Assembly: GCA_001821395.1 (NCBI GenBank)
Contig: MHLM01000012.1
Location: forward strand, 84,107-148,106
Source: Candidatus Lloydbacteria bacterium RIFCSPHIGHO2_02_FULL_50_18
Lineage (GTDB): Bacteria > Patescibacteriota > Minisyncoccia > Phycocordibacterales > UBA6899
Length of the DNA stretch: 64,000 bases
Direction: 5' to 3'
In this document: positions 29,834 through 39,601 of the stretch, piece after piece
Position numbering within the stretch: position 1 is the first letter of the stretch
How the letters are laid out: every line of letters starts with the position of its first letter
Position numbers and translations under genes: made by a program
The notes under the pieces: generated by a model
What the model was told of the DNA's origin: nothing
Seen by the model: only the letters and a program-made list of their open reading frames with translations
Databases searched by the model: none

Positions 29834-30202
29834 ATGCAGATCCGCTTTCGGGTTCGCGAACTCGCTTTGGCAATTCGGGAATTTCTCGTCGGTGTCTTTG
29901 TCTTCTTCCGGCGGTCAGTGAAAAGAAGGGATGAAGTACGATATTGCTTCATGTGCCAAGAGTACGGCCATCCGCTTACTAAAGTATCGTTCATGATCCG
30001 CACAGAAGCGCGGAGGGGGGCAAAGAAGGAGGCGCCATTCTCGGTCATGGAACTCCACGTGTGCAGTATGCATCATCCTGACAAGGACGTCGTCGGGGCA
30101 GACCTGTCCGAGGAAACACGATCATTTCTTCGAAACAATGATGCTGCCGCAGCGTGTGTCTACTATTACCATGATCCCGATCATGTTTTCCGCCTCGGAT
30201 AA
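29834..30202 (+). CDS. hypothetical Cys/His-rich protein (122 aa)
   Basis: GAGGT RBS. Its 3' end plus terminator are duplicated at 31107-31179. Confidence 0.35.
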   Translation: MQIRFRVRELALAIREFLVGVFVFFRRSVKRRDEVRYCFMCQEYGHPLTKVSFMIRTEARRGAKKEAPFSVMELHVCSMHHPDKDVVGADLSEETRSFLRNNDAAAACVYYYHDPDHVFRLG

Positions 30203-30216
30203 GAGGTGGTTTTTTT
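30143..30216 (+). repeat. 73-bp direct repeat, copy 1 (includes terminator hairpin ccgcctcggataagaggtgg plus T7)
   Basis: About 93% identical to 31107-31179. Confidence 0.7.
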
Positions 30217-30267
30217 ATACTCCGTACGTTATCCAAAGGTAATTGGACAAAGTAGCAAAAATGCAAT

Positions 30268-31089
30268 ATGGTCAGTACGGAAAAGCTAGCCCCGGGCTCC
30301 ATCGTGGGAATATTCTTTGAGAAGGAACAGTCCATGCAAACAGATAAGACAGACTCGGCTTCTGCAACGCCGGAACAACTCGCGATGCTTACTGGCGAGT
30401 TCGCTCTGGCTCTGGCTAAGGCAAAGCCATCCGCCGCTCTCATGCAGCATCTGCTCCGAAGCAGGGTGGCAACACGGAAGATGATCATCGCGGCCCTATC
30501 GACGCAGGGAAGAATCAGTCACACGATTGATCCTCGCCTCGTGCAGTGTCAAAAGCTATGGGAGAAACTCGGAGTGGTGCTCGACTGCATGGACAATCTT
30601 GTCATGCCGGAAATCCCATCCGGTTGGCGCGGTATCGCCATCATCCCACCACTCACAAATGAAGCACTCCTCGCTCTTTGCAAAAAGCACTTTCCGATAT
30701 GGTCGAAACGCGATGGCCTCGACAATATCTTGAGAGAACAAAATCGACCACGATGCACCTACGTCGTCGTCCATCGTGGTGGTATGGAGCCGGATAAAGA
30801 GCATCGTAATAAGAGTCATGATGATGCGGTCAATGAAGGTTTGTATTTTTTGACGCTGAAGGAGCGTATCTGCATCGAGCTTCTTCATTTCATAAAAACA
30901 GGCAAGCATTTTGATGTTAAGGGGACCATGACAGTCACATCCTCGCTGACGATGGGTGGCGATGCGTTTAATGTGTATTGGAGTTCGCATATTCAGACGT
31001 TCATTGTGGATGGTTGCCGTACGGTGACTTCGTACTCGACGAATGGGCTTCGTCAGGCCGTTTTCTTTGGATTGAAGCCTTACCGTTGA
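30268..31089 (+). CDS. hypothetical protein, paralog of 22912..23760
   Basis: Flanked by the 73-bp direct repeats. The start may be the ATG at 30334 (GAGAAGGAA RBS). Confidence 0.5.
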   Translation: MVSTEKLAPGSIVGIFFEKEQSMQTDKTDSASATPEQLAMLTGEFALALAKAKPSAALMQHLLRSRVATRKMIIAALSTQGRISHTIDPRLVQCQKLWEKLGVVLDCMDNLVMPEIPSGWRGIAIIPPLTNEALLALCKKHFPIWSKRDGLDNILREQNRPRCTYVVVHRGGMEPDKEHRNKSHDDAVNEGLYFLTLKERICIELLHFIKTGKHFDVKGTMTVTSSLTMGGDAFNVYWSSHIQTFIVDGCRTVTSYSTNGLRQAVFFGLKPYR

Positions 31090-31106
31090 TTGCTGAGCCG
31101 ACACTT

Positions 31107-31179
31107 GTGCCGCAGCGTGTGTCTACTATTATCATGATCCCGATCATGTTTTCCGCCTCGGTTAAGAGGCGGTTTTTTT
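31107..31179 (+). repeat. 73-bp direct repeat, copy 2
   Basis: See copy 1. It ends in ccgcctcggttaagaggcgg plus T7. Confidence 0.7.
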
Positions 31180-31211
31180 ATAAGACAAATTTTTGACTTT
31201 CCTGAAAGTTA

Positions 31212-32261
31212 ATGTATGGTGAGCACTGGTTTTGTACTTTTATATCTAACCTGAGGAAAGACATGGACATTAATACGTCTGACCCCGGTGACAATGGACG
31301 ACGGGGTATCGATAGGGGTTTGAGCGACAGGCGCGAGTATGACCTTGCCAGGACCCTCATTGGAACGTTGCTGTTCGTTAAGTTATATCGAGCTGCAGGC
31401 GCTCTCAAGTTCCTGAAGGCGCTCAAGGTTCTTGGTCCTCTCATGATGGTGGTCTCCGGAATTTTCACGGGAGAGATCTATTCTCTCGTCATGAAAACCT
31501 CCCTTGTTGTGGGGCTGCTATTTTCTCTTGCGGTGCATGAGCTCGGTCACTATGTTGCGACGAAGCGATGCGGCCTCCGCGCGGCGTGGTGGCTCTTCAT
31601 TCCATTCGTCGGAGCGTGGATGGAAGCGCCGGATTTTCGTTCCCGCAATGACGAGGCGTGCATCGCTTTTGGTGGTCCTTTCATCGGAGGGATATTTTCT
31701 CTGATATTGTTCTGTGCATGGTTGGTACTACCGCTGTCCAATGAATGGGGAAATATTCTCTTCACCATAGCTTTCCTTTCGACGATGTTGAATCTCTTCA
31801 ATATGATCCCGCTTTCGCCGCTTGATGGCGGAAGGATCACCGAAGGGGTGAGTATCTGGTTTCGCGTCGCAGGGTTCGTTGTATTGATCACGCTTTCTCT
31901 CTATACCGCTCAAGCATCGATGGCTCTTGTGTGGTTGCTGGTGATGAGTGAAGTTCGGATGTCCGCACGATTGAGGTTTGTCACGGCGGCGCTCATGCTG
32001 ATCCTTATGGCGGTACTCATTATACTGGGGTATCACGGGCCTTCCGCTCTTGAAGATTGGTGCTATTTTGCGGTCGGCGTATGGCTGCTCTCCGCTTTTT
32101 ATAAGCGTTGGAAGAATCCGCCCCCTCGGCATGATCATCGCAATGTCAGATTGACTCCAGCGGAGCGAAAAAAATGGAAACGTTCGTACTGTGGGCTCCT
32201 TCTTTTCCTCATCGTATTGTTTGCCGCATTTTTCCCTCACATGAGCAAACTTGCTTTTTGA
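31212..32261 (+). CDS. peptidase M50 / site-2-protease-family membrane metalloprotease
   Basis: HELGHYV (HExxH) in a TM helix and NLFNMIPLSPLDGGRI, the S2P LDG motif. Multiple TM helices. Start may be 31263. Confidence 0.7.
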   Translation: MYGEHWFCTFISNLRKDMDINTSDPGDNGRRGIDRGLSDRREYDLARTLIGTLLFVKLYRAAGALKFLKALKVLGPLMMVVSGIFTGEIYSLVMKTSLVVGLLFSLAVHELGHYVATKRCGLRAAWWLFIPFVGAWMEAPDFRSRNDEACIAFGGPFIGGIFSLILFCAWLVLPLSNEWGNILFTIAFLSTMLNLFNMIPLSPLDGGRITEGVSIWFRVAGFVVLITLSLYTAQASMALVWLLVMSEVRMSARLRFVTAALMLILMAVLIILGYHGPSALEDWCYFAVGVWLLSAFYKRWKNPPPRHDHRNVRLTPAERKKWKRSYCGLLLFLIVLFAAFFPHMSKLAF

Positions 32262-32267
32262 GTTGAA

Positions 32268-32298
32268 TAACTCGCCGATAATCTCGGCGAGTTTTTTG
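32268..32298 (+). terminator. rho-independent terminator
   Basis: ctcgccga-taat-ctcggcgag plus TTTTTT. Confidence 0.6.
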
Positions 32299-32368
32299 TG
32301 CATTGTTGAATTGCATACTGTTGAGAGCAGTACTATACTTTATGTACATTAATATATATCCTCTCGTC

Positions 32369-35113
32369 ATGTCCTCAACAAAAAGGTTTTTTTCACTGTG
32401 CATGTTTGGCATATTCCTCCTTCCCTCACTCGCCGCTGCTGACACCACCATCTCCTCCAACATCACCACGAATCAAACCTGGACCACGGCAAGCAGTACA
32501 TACATCGTCACCACCGGTATTGCGATCAACGCAGGTGTCACCCTCACCATCAACCCCGGAGTGATCGTGAAGTTCAGCGGGATCATGTCCGGCATCACCG
32601 TGAATGGGACGTTAAACGCCCAAGGAACCGCACTTGCACCGATATACTTCACCTCATACAAAGATGACACCGTGAATGGTGATACGAATGGCGATGCGAC
32701 CTCAACAACCCCAGCCGGGGGCGACTGGTTTTGGTTCTCCATTCCCGCGGGCGGAGCAGCAACGATCGACAACGCGATCATCCGCTATGGCGGCAGTTTC
32801 AATACTGCGCTGTTCTATAATAACGGAGGTAACCTCACCCTTGCGAACTCCGAAGTCGCATCCAGTTCCAAGTATGGCATCTGGACATATTCCGGCATAT
32901 CAACTATCGCTTCTTCCACCATCGATCACAACGCGAGCTACGGTATCTATCATACGGGAGGCACCACTACCGTTGCCACGAGTACGATCCGCGATCACAG
33001 CACCTATGGCTTCTCCACCCAGAGCGGAACTGGAAATCTCATCCTCACCAACAATATCTTTTCCGGTAATCTTCAAGGTGGAGGACTGGTGAACTTGGCC
33101 GACAGTGCAAACGTGACCCATACGAACAACAGTGCAACGGGGCAAGGAAAGGGTGGCATGGTCATCTATGGTTCTCCCAATAAGGCACAGACATGGGGAG
33201 CAGACCCGCTCTTCCCGTATATTATCTCAACGACAACAGGGTCGGTCACCGTGAGTACGTATGCCATCACCCTCAATCCCGGTGCGATCATCAAATTTGA
33301 AGGAACAACCGCAGGGTTTGCGGGCAATTCAGGCACCTTCACTGCCGCGGGAACTACACAATCTCCCGTATATTTCACCTCCATCAAGGACGACACCGTG
33401 GGTGGCGACACCAATGGGAATGGCACGGGTACCACTCCATCTGCGGGGGATTGGGATGGTCTCATGTCCCAGAACTATAGCAATCTCACGTTGAACAATA
33501 CCGTGATCCGCTACGGTGGCTCAAAGATGCTCTATGCCAACGGTGTGAACAGCGTCATCAACCTATTCAACTCAGAAGTTGCCAGCAGTTCAAGTGCGGG
33601 AATCTATAGTGATGCAGGAACAGTGAATGCCACCGGTACGAGCATTCACGACAATCGCTACGGCTATTATCACGGCAATGTCCAAGGCAATAGCATTGCC
33701 CACATTGCCAATGCCGGCAACACCATCTATCGCAATAGCACCTATGGTATTTATAACAATGGAACCGCCCTCGTGAATGCCGAGCAGGTATACTGGCCGG
33801 CGACAACAACGGGAGCGACGATGAATGGGCCGTATAGTACAAGCACCAACCCAGGGGGGCATGGAGATGCTGTGCTCCCCACATACATCGACTTTGATCC
33901 TTGGCTCTCTACCGTGTCAGGAAATATCGCAACGAATACCACGTGGACTGCTTCGAGTACATATGTCATTGATGGAACGCTCACGGTGAATGCGGGGACG
34001 ACACTCACGATTCCTGCAGCTACGGTGGTGAAGTTTGCCAATGCAACCTCAAAGATCAGCGTCTCGGGGAGCTTGGTTGCAGATTCTGCAGCGTCTTCCT
34101 CACGAATATATTTCACGTCAATCAAGGATGATGCGGTGGGAGGGGATACCAATGGAGATGGGGGTGCGACTTCACCTGCTGCGGGAGATTGGGATGGGAT
34201 CAAAGTGAATGCGGGAGGCGTTGCAACACTGAACTTCATTTCTGCTCGCTATGGAGGAAGTGGTGGGCCCATGCTTTGGAACTATGCAGGAACGTTGGAT
34301 CTTAATAATTCAGAAATTGCGAGCAGTAGTAATACGGGAATCTTCCATTCCTCGGGTGCCACGCAATTAATAGTTCGAGCTTGTGATATTCACAACAATA
34401 ATTATGGCATATTTGTTGACGACAGCTCGCTTGTGACAATCGGCAGCAACAATATTCATGGCAATGTTGTGGGAGTAAATGATAATACTTTTTTTGGGAT
34501 TGATATTAGATATAACTATTGGGGTGATGCAAGTGGCCCATATAATTCTGTCTATCACCCGACTGGGACCGGTGATACCATCGTTGAGAATGCGTTTACG
34601 CTTGTTTCTCCATGGTTAGACAGGGTACATTATTTGTATTTCTTAAACCACAATTTGGTTACTTCGATTACCAGTGGAGTATTGGATTGGAATTGGTTCA
34701 ACGGCACATCTACTTATGCGACGGCTTGGTATGCAGGAGTTAACACATGGAACACATATGGAAATTCGGTTGGAGGAGTTACTTTTGCAACAAGTACCAC
34801 GGCAACATCCTCAGCTGATTTACTCGTTTTGGACATGGCTAGCTCATCTAGTGATTTATTCTATGCCATCTACGACCCCTTTGTTACTCCTACGGAAATT
34901 AAATTTAACCCTTATTATATGAACACTGCAACTGCTAATATAAGGCAAATGACCACAACTCATGAACTTGGTCATGCCCTAGGGCTTTGGCACAGTTATA
35001 TAAACAACATCATGATTGCATCCCCAGCTTCAACTACTGGTCAGGTTTCACTGGGCACTCAAGATATGTTGGATTACGATTATTGTTGGGTGAGTCATAA
35101 TTGTGGGATATAA
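32369..35113 (+). CDS. secreted beta-helix repeat protein with C-terminal metzincin-type zinc protease motif (914 aa)
   Basis: Signal peptide MSSTKRFFSLCMFGIFLLPSLAAA. Three modules of about 250 aa each end in (I/A)RYGGS and carry repeated NSEVASSS, IYFTS(I/Y)KDD, GDTNG and GDWDG motifs. C-terminal THELGHALGLWHS matches HExxHxxGxxH. Confidence 0.6.
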   Translation: MSSTKRFFSLCMFGIFLLPSLAAADTTISSNITTNQTWTTASSTYIVTTGIAINAGVTLTINPGVIVKFSGIMSGITVNGTLNAQGTALAPIYFTSYKDDTVNGDTNGDATSTTPAGGDWFWFSIPAGGAATIDNAIIRYGGSFNTALFYNNGGNLTLANSEVASSSKYGIWTYSGISTIASSTIDHNASYGIYHTGGTTTVATSTIRDHSTYGFSTQSGTGNLILTNNIFSGNLQGGGLVNLADSANVTHTNNSATGQGKGGMVIYGSPNKAQTWGADPLFPYIISTTTGSVTVSTYAITLNPGAIIKFEGTTAGFAGNSGTFTAAGTTQSPVYFTSIKDDTVGGDTNGNGTGTTPSAGDWDGLMSQNYSNLTLNNTVIRYGGSKMLYANGVNSVINLFNSEVASSSSAGIYSDAGTVNATGTSIHDNRYGYYHGNVQGNSIAHIANAGNTIYRNSTYGIYNNGTALVNAEQVYWPATTTGATMNGPYSTSTNPGGHGDAVLPTYIDFDPWLSTVSGNIATNTTWTASSTYVIDGTLTVNAGTTLTIPAATVVKFANATSKISVSGSLVADSAASSSRIYFTSIKDDAVGGDTNGDGGATSPAAGDWDGIKVNAGGVATLNFISARYGGSGGPMLWNYAGTLDLNNSEIASSSNTGIFHSSGATQLIVRACDIHNNNYGIFVDDSSLVTIGSNNIHGNVVGVNDNTFFGIDIRYNYWGDASGPYNSVYHPTGTGDTIVENAFTLVSPWLDRVHYLYFLNHNLVTSITSGVLDWNWFNGTSTYATAWYAGVNTWNTYGNSVGGVTFATSTTATSSADLLVLDMASSSSDLFYAIYDPFVTPTEIKFNPYYMNTATANIRQMTTTHELGHALGLWHSYINNIMIASPASTTGQVSLGTQDMLDYDYCWVSHNCGI

Positions 35114-35124
35114 CATTGAAAACC

Positions 35125-35853
35125 ATGAACAAAGATATAAAAGATATAATAATCCTTCTTACTGCACTCCTGCTCTCTGCCATCGTCATTGCTGGAATAT
35201 ATTACAGAGCAAAAAGAATACCCGAAGAAACTCCAGGAACCTTGAAAAGATATCAGCTCCAAGGAACACCTGATCATCCGGCGATGTTTTATCCTACCGA
35301 TCTGACTAAAGATATAAACCTATTGGGCTCATCTCATGATGTTTTCATAGGAAAAGTCATTTCTCAAACTGGTGACAAAGAAACTCAGATTGGACCACGC
35401 ACACAATATTCGGTGGAAGTTATTGATAATATTAAGGGTAAGTTAAAAGATATTGTAACCATTGACATGCTGGGTGGTTATGACAAAGATGGCAAGTTGG
35501 TAGTAATCGAAGAAAATGATTCAACTGATTTTCTCCTTAAACCAGGCTCAACTTACCTCTTTGCTACCCGTTATAACGAAGAAGAGGATTGGTATACTCT
35601 AATTTCTCACCCGAATGCTCGAAAAATTATAAGTACAGATAACACAAAAAATGAAGCCGCTCTCATGGCTCTCATCGACCAAGACGAAAAGGTAAAATCC
35701 TTTGAATCCGCATACGCCCATGAAGTTCTCCTCGACGCCGACATCGCCCACGGAAATACTCGTAACTCCTTCCAGTCTCTCGCACCAGCGGAAAAAGCCG
35801 CCGCCCAATCCCGCGCTGATGCGGCAAGAGCCTTGCTTGAGGCAATGCAGTAA
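35125..35853 (+). CDS. hypothetical N-terminally membrane-anchored protein
   Basis: MNKDIKDIIILLTALLLSAIVIAGIYY TM anchor. Its 5' region is duplicated at 36093-36276. Confidence 0.45.
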   Translation: MNKDIKDIIILLTALLLSAIVIAGIYYRAKRIPEETPGTLKRYQLQGTPDHPAMFYPTDLTKDINLLGSSHDVFIGKVISQTGDKETQIGPRTQYSVEVIDNIKGKLKDIVTIDMLGGYDKDGKLVVIEENDSTDFLLKPGSTYLFATRYNEEEDWYTLISHPNARKIISTDNTKNEAALMALIDQDEKVKSFESAYAHEVLLDADIAHGNTRNSFQSLAPAEKAAAQSRADAARALLEAMQ

Positions 35854-36092
35854 GATGCTTCTGCGGGGGTATACTTATTTGTGAACACAACGGCTCATGA
35901 ACAAAAAAATACTAAAATACACACTTGTCATCTTTGGGATATTCCTGCTCGGAGGCGTCGCGTTGTCGATCCATTTGTTCATCCAAAGTAAATTTGGTGT
36001 TTACGCTCCTCTAGATCGCGGATTTCCGGTAAGGACATTCCATCCAACGGGTATTAGTATTGATCAACCCAGCATTTGAATGGATACCTATC

Positions 36093-36276
36093 ATAATTGT
36101 GGGATATAACATTGAAAACTATGAACAAAGACATAAAAGATATAATGATTCTTCTTATTGCACTTCTACTCTCCATCGTCGTCATTGCTGGAATATATTA
36201 CGGAATAAAAAGTACTCAAGGAACTGTAGTTTCAACATATTCTCATCAGGGAACGCCTGAAAATCCGGCAATGTAG
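36093..36276 (+). pseudogene. truncated duplicate of the 35096-35290 junction (gene fragment encoding MNKDIKDIMILLIALLLSIVVIAGIYY...)
   Basis: About 80% nucleotide identity over about 185 bp. It includes the last 20 nt of the upstream gene (HNCGI stop) and the first 51 codons of the downstream gene, then a stop. Confidence 0.4.
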
Positions 36277-36791
36277 AATTTCATAGAAAACAATAATTAT
36301 GGAAGCTCTAAAAAATGAATTAAAGAAAACAATGGTCGTATGGAGAGATGCGTTAATCTGAGAAAAAAGATTTGCTAATCTGAAAAAGCTATTCCTCGTT
36401 ATTTTGGGTGTGGCTGTGTTTATCATTATCTTTCCGATGCCAACGAGGTGCAGGATAGAAAATCATGGAGCATATAGGCCGGCTAACGATTTAGTAATTG
36501 GTGCATACGTGGTTCGTGATTGTTACCCACCAAACCGTGCTGAATTTTGGCAGAACCCACAATTGAGTTTTGAATTTCGCTGGTTATTTGTTCCCACGTT
36601 AGACAGTATAACTGGTCATCGAGGTGTCAGTGTAATAAATATCCATCTATAAGGTAATCCCACATTCGCGTAAGCAATAAAAACTGCTACAAGGCGGGTC
36701 TTTGTTTTTTGTCTGGGCTATTCCTCGCGAGCACTAAGGTGTTCGCATATTGCTGGTCTGCGATAATCTAGTCTTATATAATAGACTCATA

Positions 36792-37214
36792 ATGAAACAA
36801 AATATACTCCTCGCGCTTACTGTTGCGGGCTTACTTTTCTCGGGTTATCTCGGCGGACTGAAGTTGTTTTCCGACACGTGTGCATTTAACGAGACATGCG
36901 CGACATTTTTAGGGTACCCGACGTGTTATTACGGCTTTGCGATGTACCTCTTGATCTTTGTCCTTCTTCTCGCGTCGCGTTTCGGGAAGATGGGCGTTTC
37001 CCGCGCTCGGTACGGAGTAGCCGGTATCTCTTTTGCGGGCATTCTTTTTTCCGGATATTACAGTTTCCGCGAGTTATCAACTCTTCTTCGTGGGGATATT
37101 TCCGATTTTTTGCTCGGATTGCCGACCTGCGCATACGGATTCATCATGTATGTGGCTATTTTGGGCTTTGCGTTGTCATCGATACGAGAAATTCAAAAGA
37201 AGAAGTTGAACTAG
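36792..37214 (+). CDS. hypothetical 4-TM membrane protein with internal duplication (PTC(Y/A)YGF motif twice)
   Basis: The two halves share FSGY...G(Y/L)PTCxYGF(A/I)MY. The ATG at 36792 follows a terminator-free AT-rich leader. Confidence 0.45.
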   Translation: MKQNILLALTVAGLLFSGYLGGLKLFSDTCAFNETCATFLGYPTCYYGFAMYLLIFVLLLASRFGKMGVSRARYGVAGISFAGILFSGYYSFRELSTLLRGDISDFLLGLPTCAYGFIMYVAILGFALSSIREIQKKKLN

Positions 37215-37423
37215 CTGCTATTTTGCAGAAAAATTGAGATATTTTATTCTGTGTCGTCACAAATTGACAGTCGTTGAGCCATTTGTTAGTATCCAAGCAC
37301 GTTTCTTTTGATCCGCCTTTCTCCTTTTTGACCCCAAATCTTGGGAGCAAGAAGAAAACAGGCGTGATATTGAAAGGGCGTATTATGTCCGACCGCGTCG
37401 AGGTTGGTATTTATCTATTTATT

Positions 37424-37606
37424 ATGGCAAAAAAATCAACAATTGCACGACAACTCACCCCGAAATTTCCGGGTCGAGCAGTCAATCGCTGTTTTAAGTG
37501 CGGGCGAAAACGCGGCTATATGAGAGCTTTCGATCTCTGCCGTATCTGTTTTCGTGAATTAGCAAACGAGGGAAAGGTCCCCGGAATAAAGAAATCATCA
37601 TGGTAA
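37424..37606 (+). CDS. rpsN: 30S ribosomal protein S14 type Z (zinc-ribbon form)
   Basis: [10 protein letters not shown]...[38 protein letters not shown] includes a CxxC...CxxC ribbon. Confidence 0.9.
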   Translation: MAKKSTIARQLTPKFPGRAVNRCFKCGRKRGYMRAFDLCRICFRELANEGKVPGIKKSSW

Positions 37607-38007
37607 TCACCGACCCAATCGCAGACATGTTCATGCGCATCAGGAATGGCGGTGCCGCCAAGAAGACGGTGGTGTATATCCCATTTTCTGATCTCAAGAT
37701 GCGTATCGCAAATACGCTTATGAAGGAAGGATATTTAAGTTCAGTGTCAAAGAAGATACTCAAAGGCCGTATCACGGAGCGCATGATCGCCGTTGGTATC
37801 ATTTATAGTGAGGACAAGCTTCCCCTCGTTCGAGGAATGGAGCGTGTCTCTCGTCCGTCGTGTCGTTCATATATTGGTGCAAAGGAACTGCGTCCGGTCA
37901 ACCAGGGTCACGGCATCATGCTTCTTTCGACTCCAAAGGGTATTCTCACGGGAGAAGAAGCCCGCAAGGAGCACGTGGGAGGTGAAATTATTGGCAAAAT
38001 CTGGTAA
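37600..38007 (+). CDS. rpsH: 30S ribosomal protein S8
   Basis: [17 protein letters not shown]... Confidence 0.95.
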   Translation: MVITDPIADMFMRIRNGGAAKKTVVYIPFSDLKMRIANTLMKEGYLSSVSKKILKGRITERMIAVGIIYSEDKLPLVRGMERVSRPSCRSYIGAKELRPVNQGHGIMLLSTPKGILTGEEARKEHVGGEIIGKIW

Positions 38008-38018
38008 TTCCCATCACT

Positions 38019-38552
38019 ATGTCCCGTTTAGCTAAAAAACCAATAATCATTCCCGAGAAGACGACCGTCACACTTCTTGACCACGTTGTCACTGTTAAGG
38101 GTCCGCTTGGAACACTTTCACGCGCATTTCCAAAGGTCATCGACGTAGCCATCACCGAAGGTCAGATCAATGTTTCACTCAATAATCCTAGCCGAGATTT
38201 CAAGGCACTTCTTGGTACCGCCTGCTCGCATATCAAGAATATGATCGCAGGGGTCAATAAGGTCTATGAAAAGAAGCTCATCATCGAAGGTATCGGCTAT
38301 AAGGCAGACGCGAAGGGCCAGTTACTCACGATGGCGCTCGGCTTTTCACATCCCGTGAAGCTTGAGGCACCGGAGGGGGTCACCGTTGTCACTGAGAAGG
38401 GTTCCATGACGATCTCCGGTATCAGTAAGGAGGCGGTCGGACAATTCGCTGCGACTGTACGCTCTTGGAAGGTCCCTGAGCCGTATAAGGGAAAAGGCAT
38501 TCGTTACTCCGATGAGGTTATTCGCCGTAAACAGGGTAAGAAAACCGCATAA
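38019..38552 (+). CDS. rplF: 50S ribosomal protein L6
   Basis: MSRLAKKPIIIPEKTTVTL... Confidence 0.95.
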   Translation: MSRLAKKPIIIPEKTTVTLLDHVVTVKGPLGTLSRAFPKVIDVAITEGQINVSLNNPSRDFKALLGTACSHIKNMIAGVNKVYEKKLIIEGIGYKADAKGQLLTMALGFSHPVKLEAPEGVTVVTEKGSMTISGISKEAVGQFAATVRSWKVPEPYKGKGIRYSDEVIRRKQGKKTA

Positions 38553-38553
38553 T

Positions 38554-38904
38554 ATGAAAAAGACAGAACTCAAAAACTATCATCGCATGCGACGACACAA
38601 TCGCATCCGTGCAAAAGTGTCGGGTACCGCAGCGATCCCTCGTTTGGCGATATTCCGATCTGCACGACACATCACCGCACAATTGATCGACGACGAGAAG
38701 TCATTCACGATCGCCGCTTCAGGTGACGTGAAGAGCGTGAAGGGCACGAAGCTCGAGCACGCAACTGCCGTCGGTACGGACATCGCAGCAAAAGCAAAGG
38801 AGAAAAAGATCACCAAGGTCGTATTTGATCGCGGTGGATTCCTCTACGCAGGTCGCGTGAAGGCACTCGCCATCGCTGCACGGGCTGCTGGTCTCATATT
38901 TTAA
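38554..38904 (+). CDS. rplR: 50S ribosomal protein L18
   Basis: MKKTELKNYHRMRRHNRIRAKVSGTAAIPRLAIFRS... Confidence 0.93.
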   Translation: MKKTELKNYHRMRRHNRIRAKVSGTAAIPRLAIFRSARHITAQLIDDEKSFTIAASGDVKSVKGTKLEHATAVGTDIAAKAKEKKITKVVFDRGGFLYAGRVKALAIAARAAGLIF

Positions 38905-38918
38905 TCTTGACTATTACT

Positions 38919-39590
38919 ATGGAAGAAAAAACACAACAAACAGCTCCAGTAGCTCCGGCCAAGGTCGCAACACAAGGCGGCGTACCGGTGCGTGCGTATA
39001 CCCCTCGCCCTGCAGGCGGTGCTCCCCGATCTTCGGGCGGAGCACGCGTAGGAACGGGACGTGGCGGTGCAAAACCGCCTGAGCGCCGAGGTGGCGGTCG
39101 CGGTGGACGCACTGATCGTCCGAAACCAGAATATGACCAGAAGTCAATCGATGTGCGACGCGTTGCACGTGTCGTTGCAGGAGGTCGCCGCTTCTCTTTT
39201 TCGGTCGCAATGATCATCGGCGATAGGAAGGGCAAGGTCGGAGTCGGTACCGGGAAGGCCGGTGATATCTCGATGGCCATGGACAAGGCGGCAAAGGATG
39301 CCAAGAAGCACATGATCACCGTGAAGCTCACGAAGACGAACTCGATCCCGCATGAAGTGTTCGCGAAGGCGTCGAGTGCGGTCGTAGAGATCCTTCCCGC
39401 ACCATCGCGCGGACTGGTCGCAGGATCAGCGATGCGTAACTTGCTTGAACTCGCAGGTATCACGGATGTTTCGGCAAAGATTCGCAGCGGTTCAAAGAAC
39501 AAGCTTAATATGGCACGCGCTGGGATCAAGGCGCTTTCCACTCTTCGTCCTCGTGTACGAAAGGAGGCCGCAGTTACTCAAGAGAAATAA
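38919..39590 (+). CDS. rpsE: 30S ribosomal protein S5 (G/R-rich N-terminal extension)
   Basis: S5 dsRBD and C-terminal domain (VRRVARVVAGGRRFSFSVAMIIGD...GTGKAGDISMAMDKA). rplO follows directly, with no L30 gene. Confidence 0.93.
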   Translation: MEEKTQQTAPVAPAKVATQGGVPVRAYTPRPAGGAPRSSGGARVGTGRGGAKPPERRGGGRGGRTDRPKPEYDQKSIDVRRVARVVAGGRRFSFSVAMIIGDRKGKVGVGTGKAGDISMAMDKAAKDAKKHMITVKLTKTNSIPHEVFAKASSAVVEILPAPSRGLVAGSAMRNLLELAGITDVSAKIRSGSKNKLNMARAGIKALSTLRPRVRKEAAVTQEK

Positions 39591-39601
39591 GCCACAGACA
39601 T

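Noticed and set aside
38894-39541. 215-aa minus-strand ORF antisense to rpsE
   Set aside because: It is a GC-rich antisense frame of the S5 G/R-rich extension, with Pro/Arg/Ala-rich nonsense composition.
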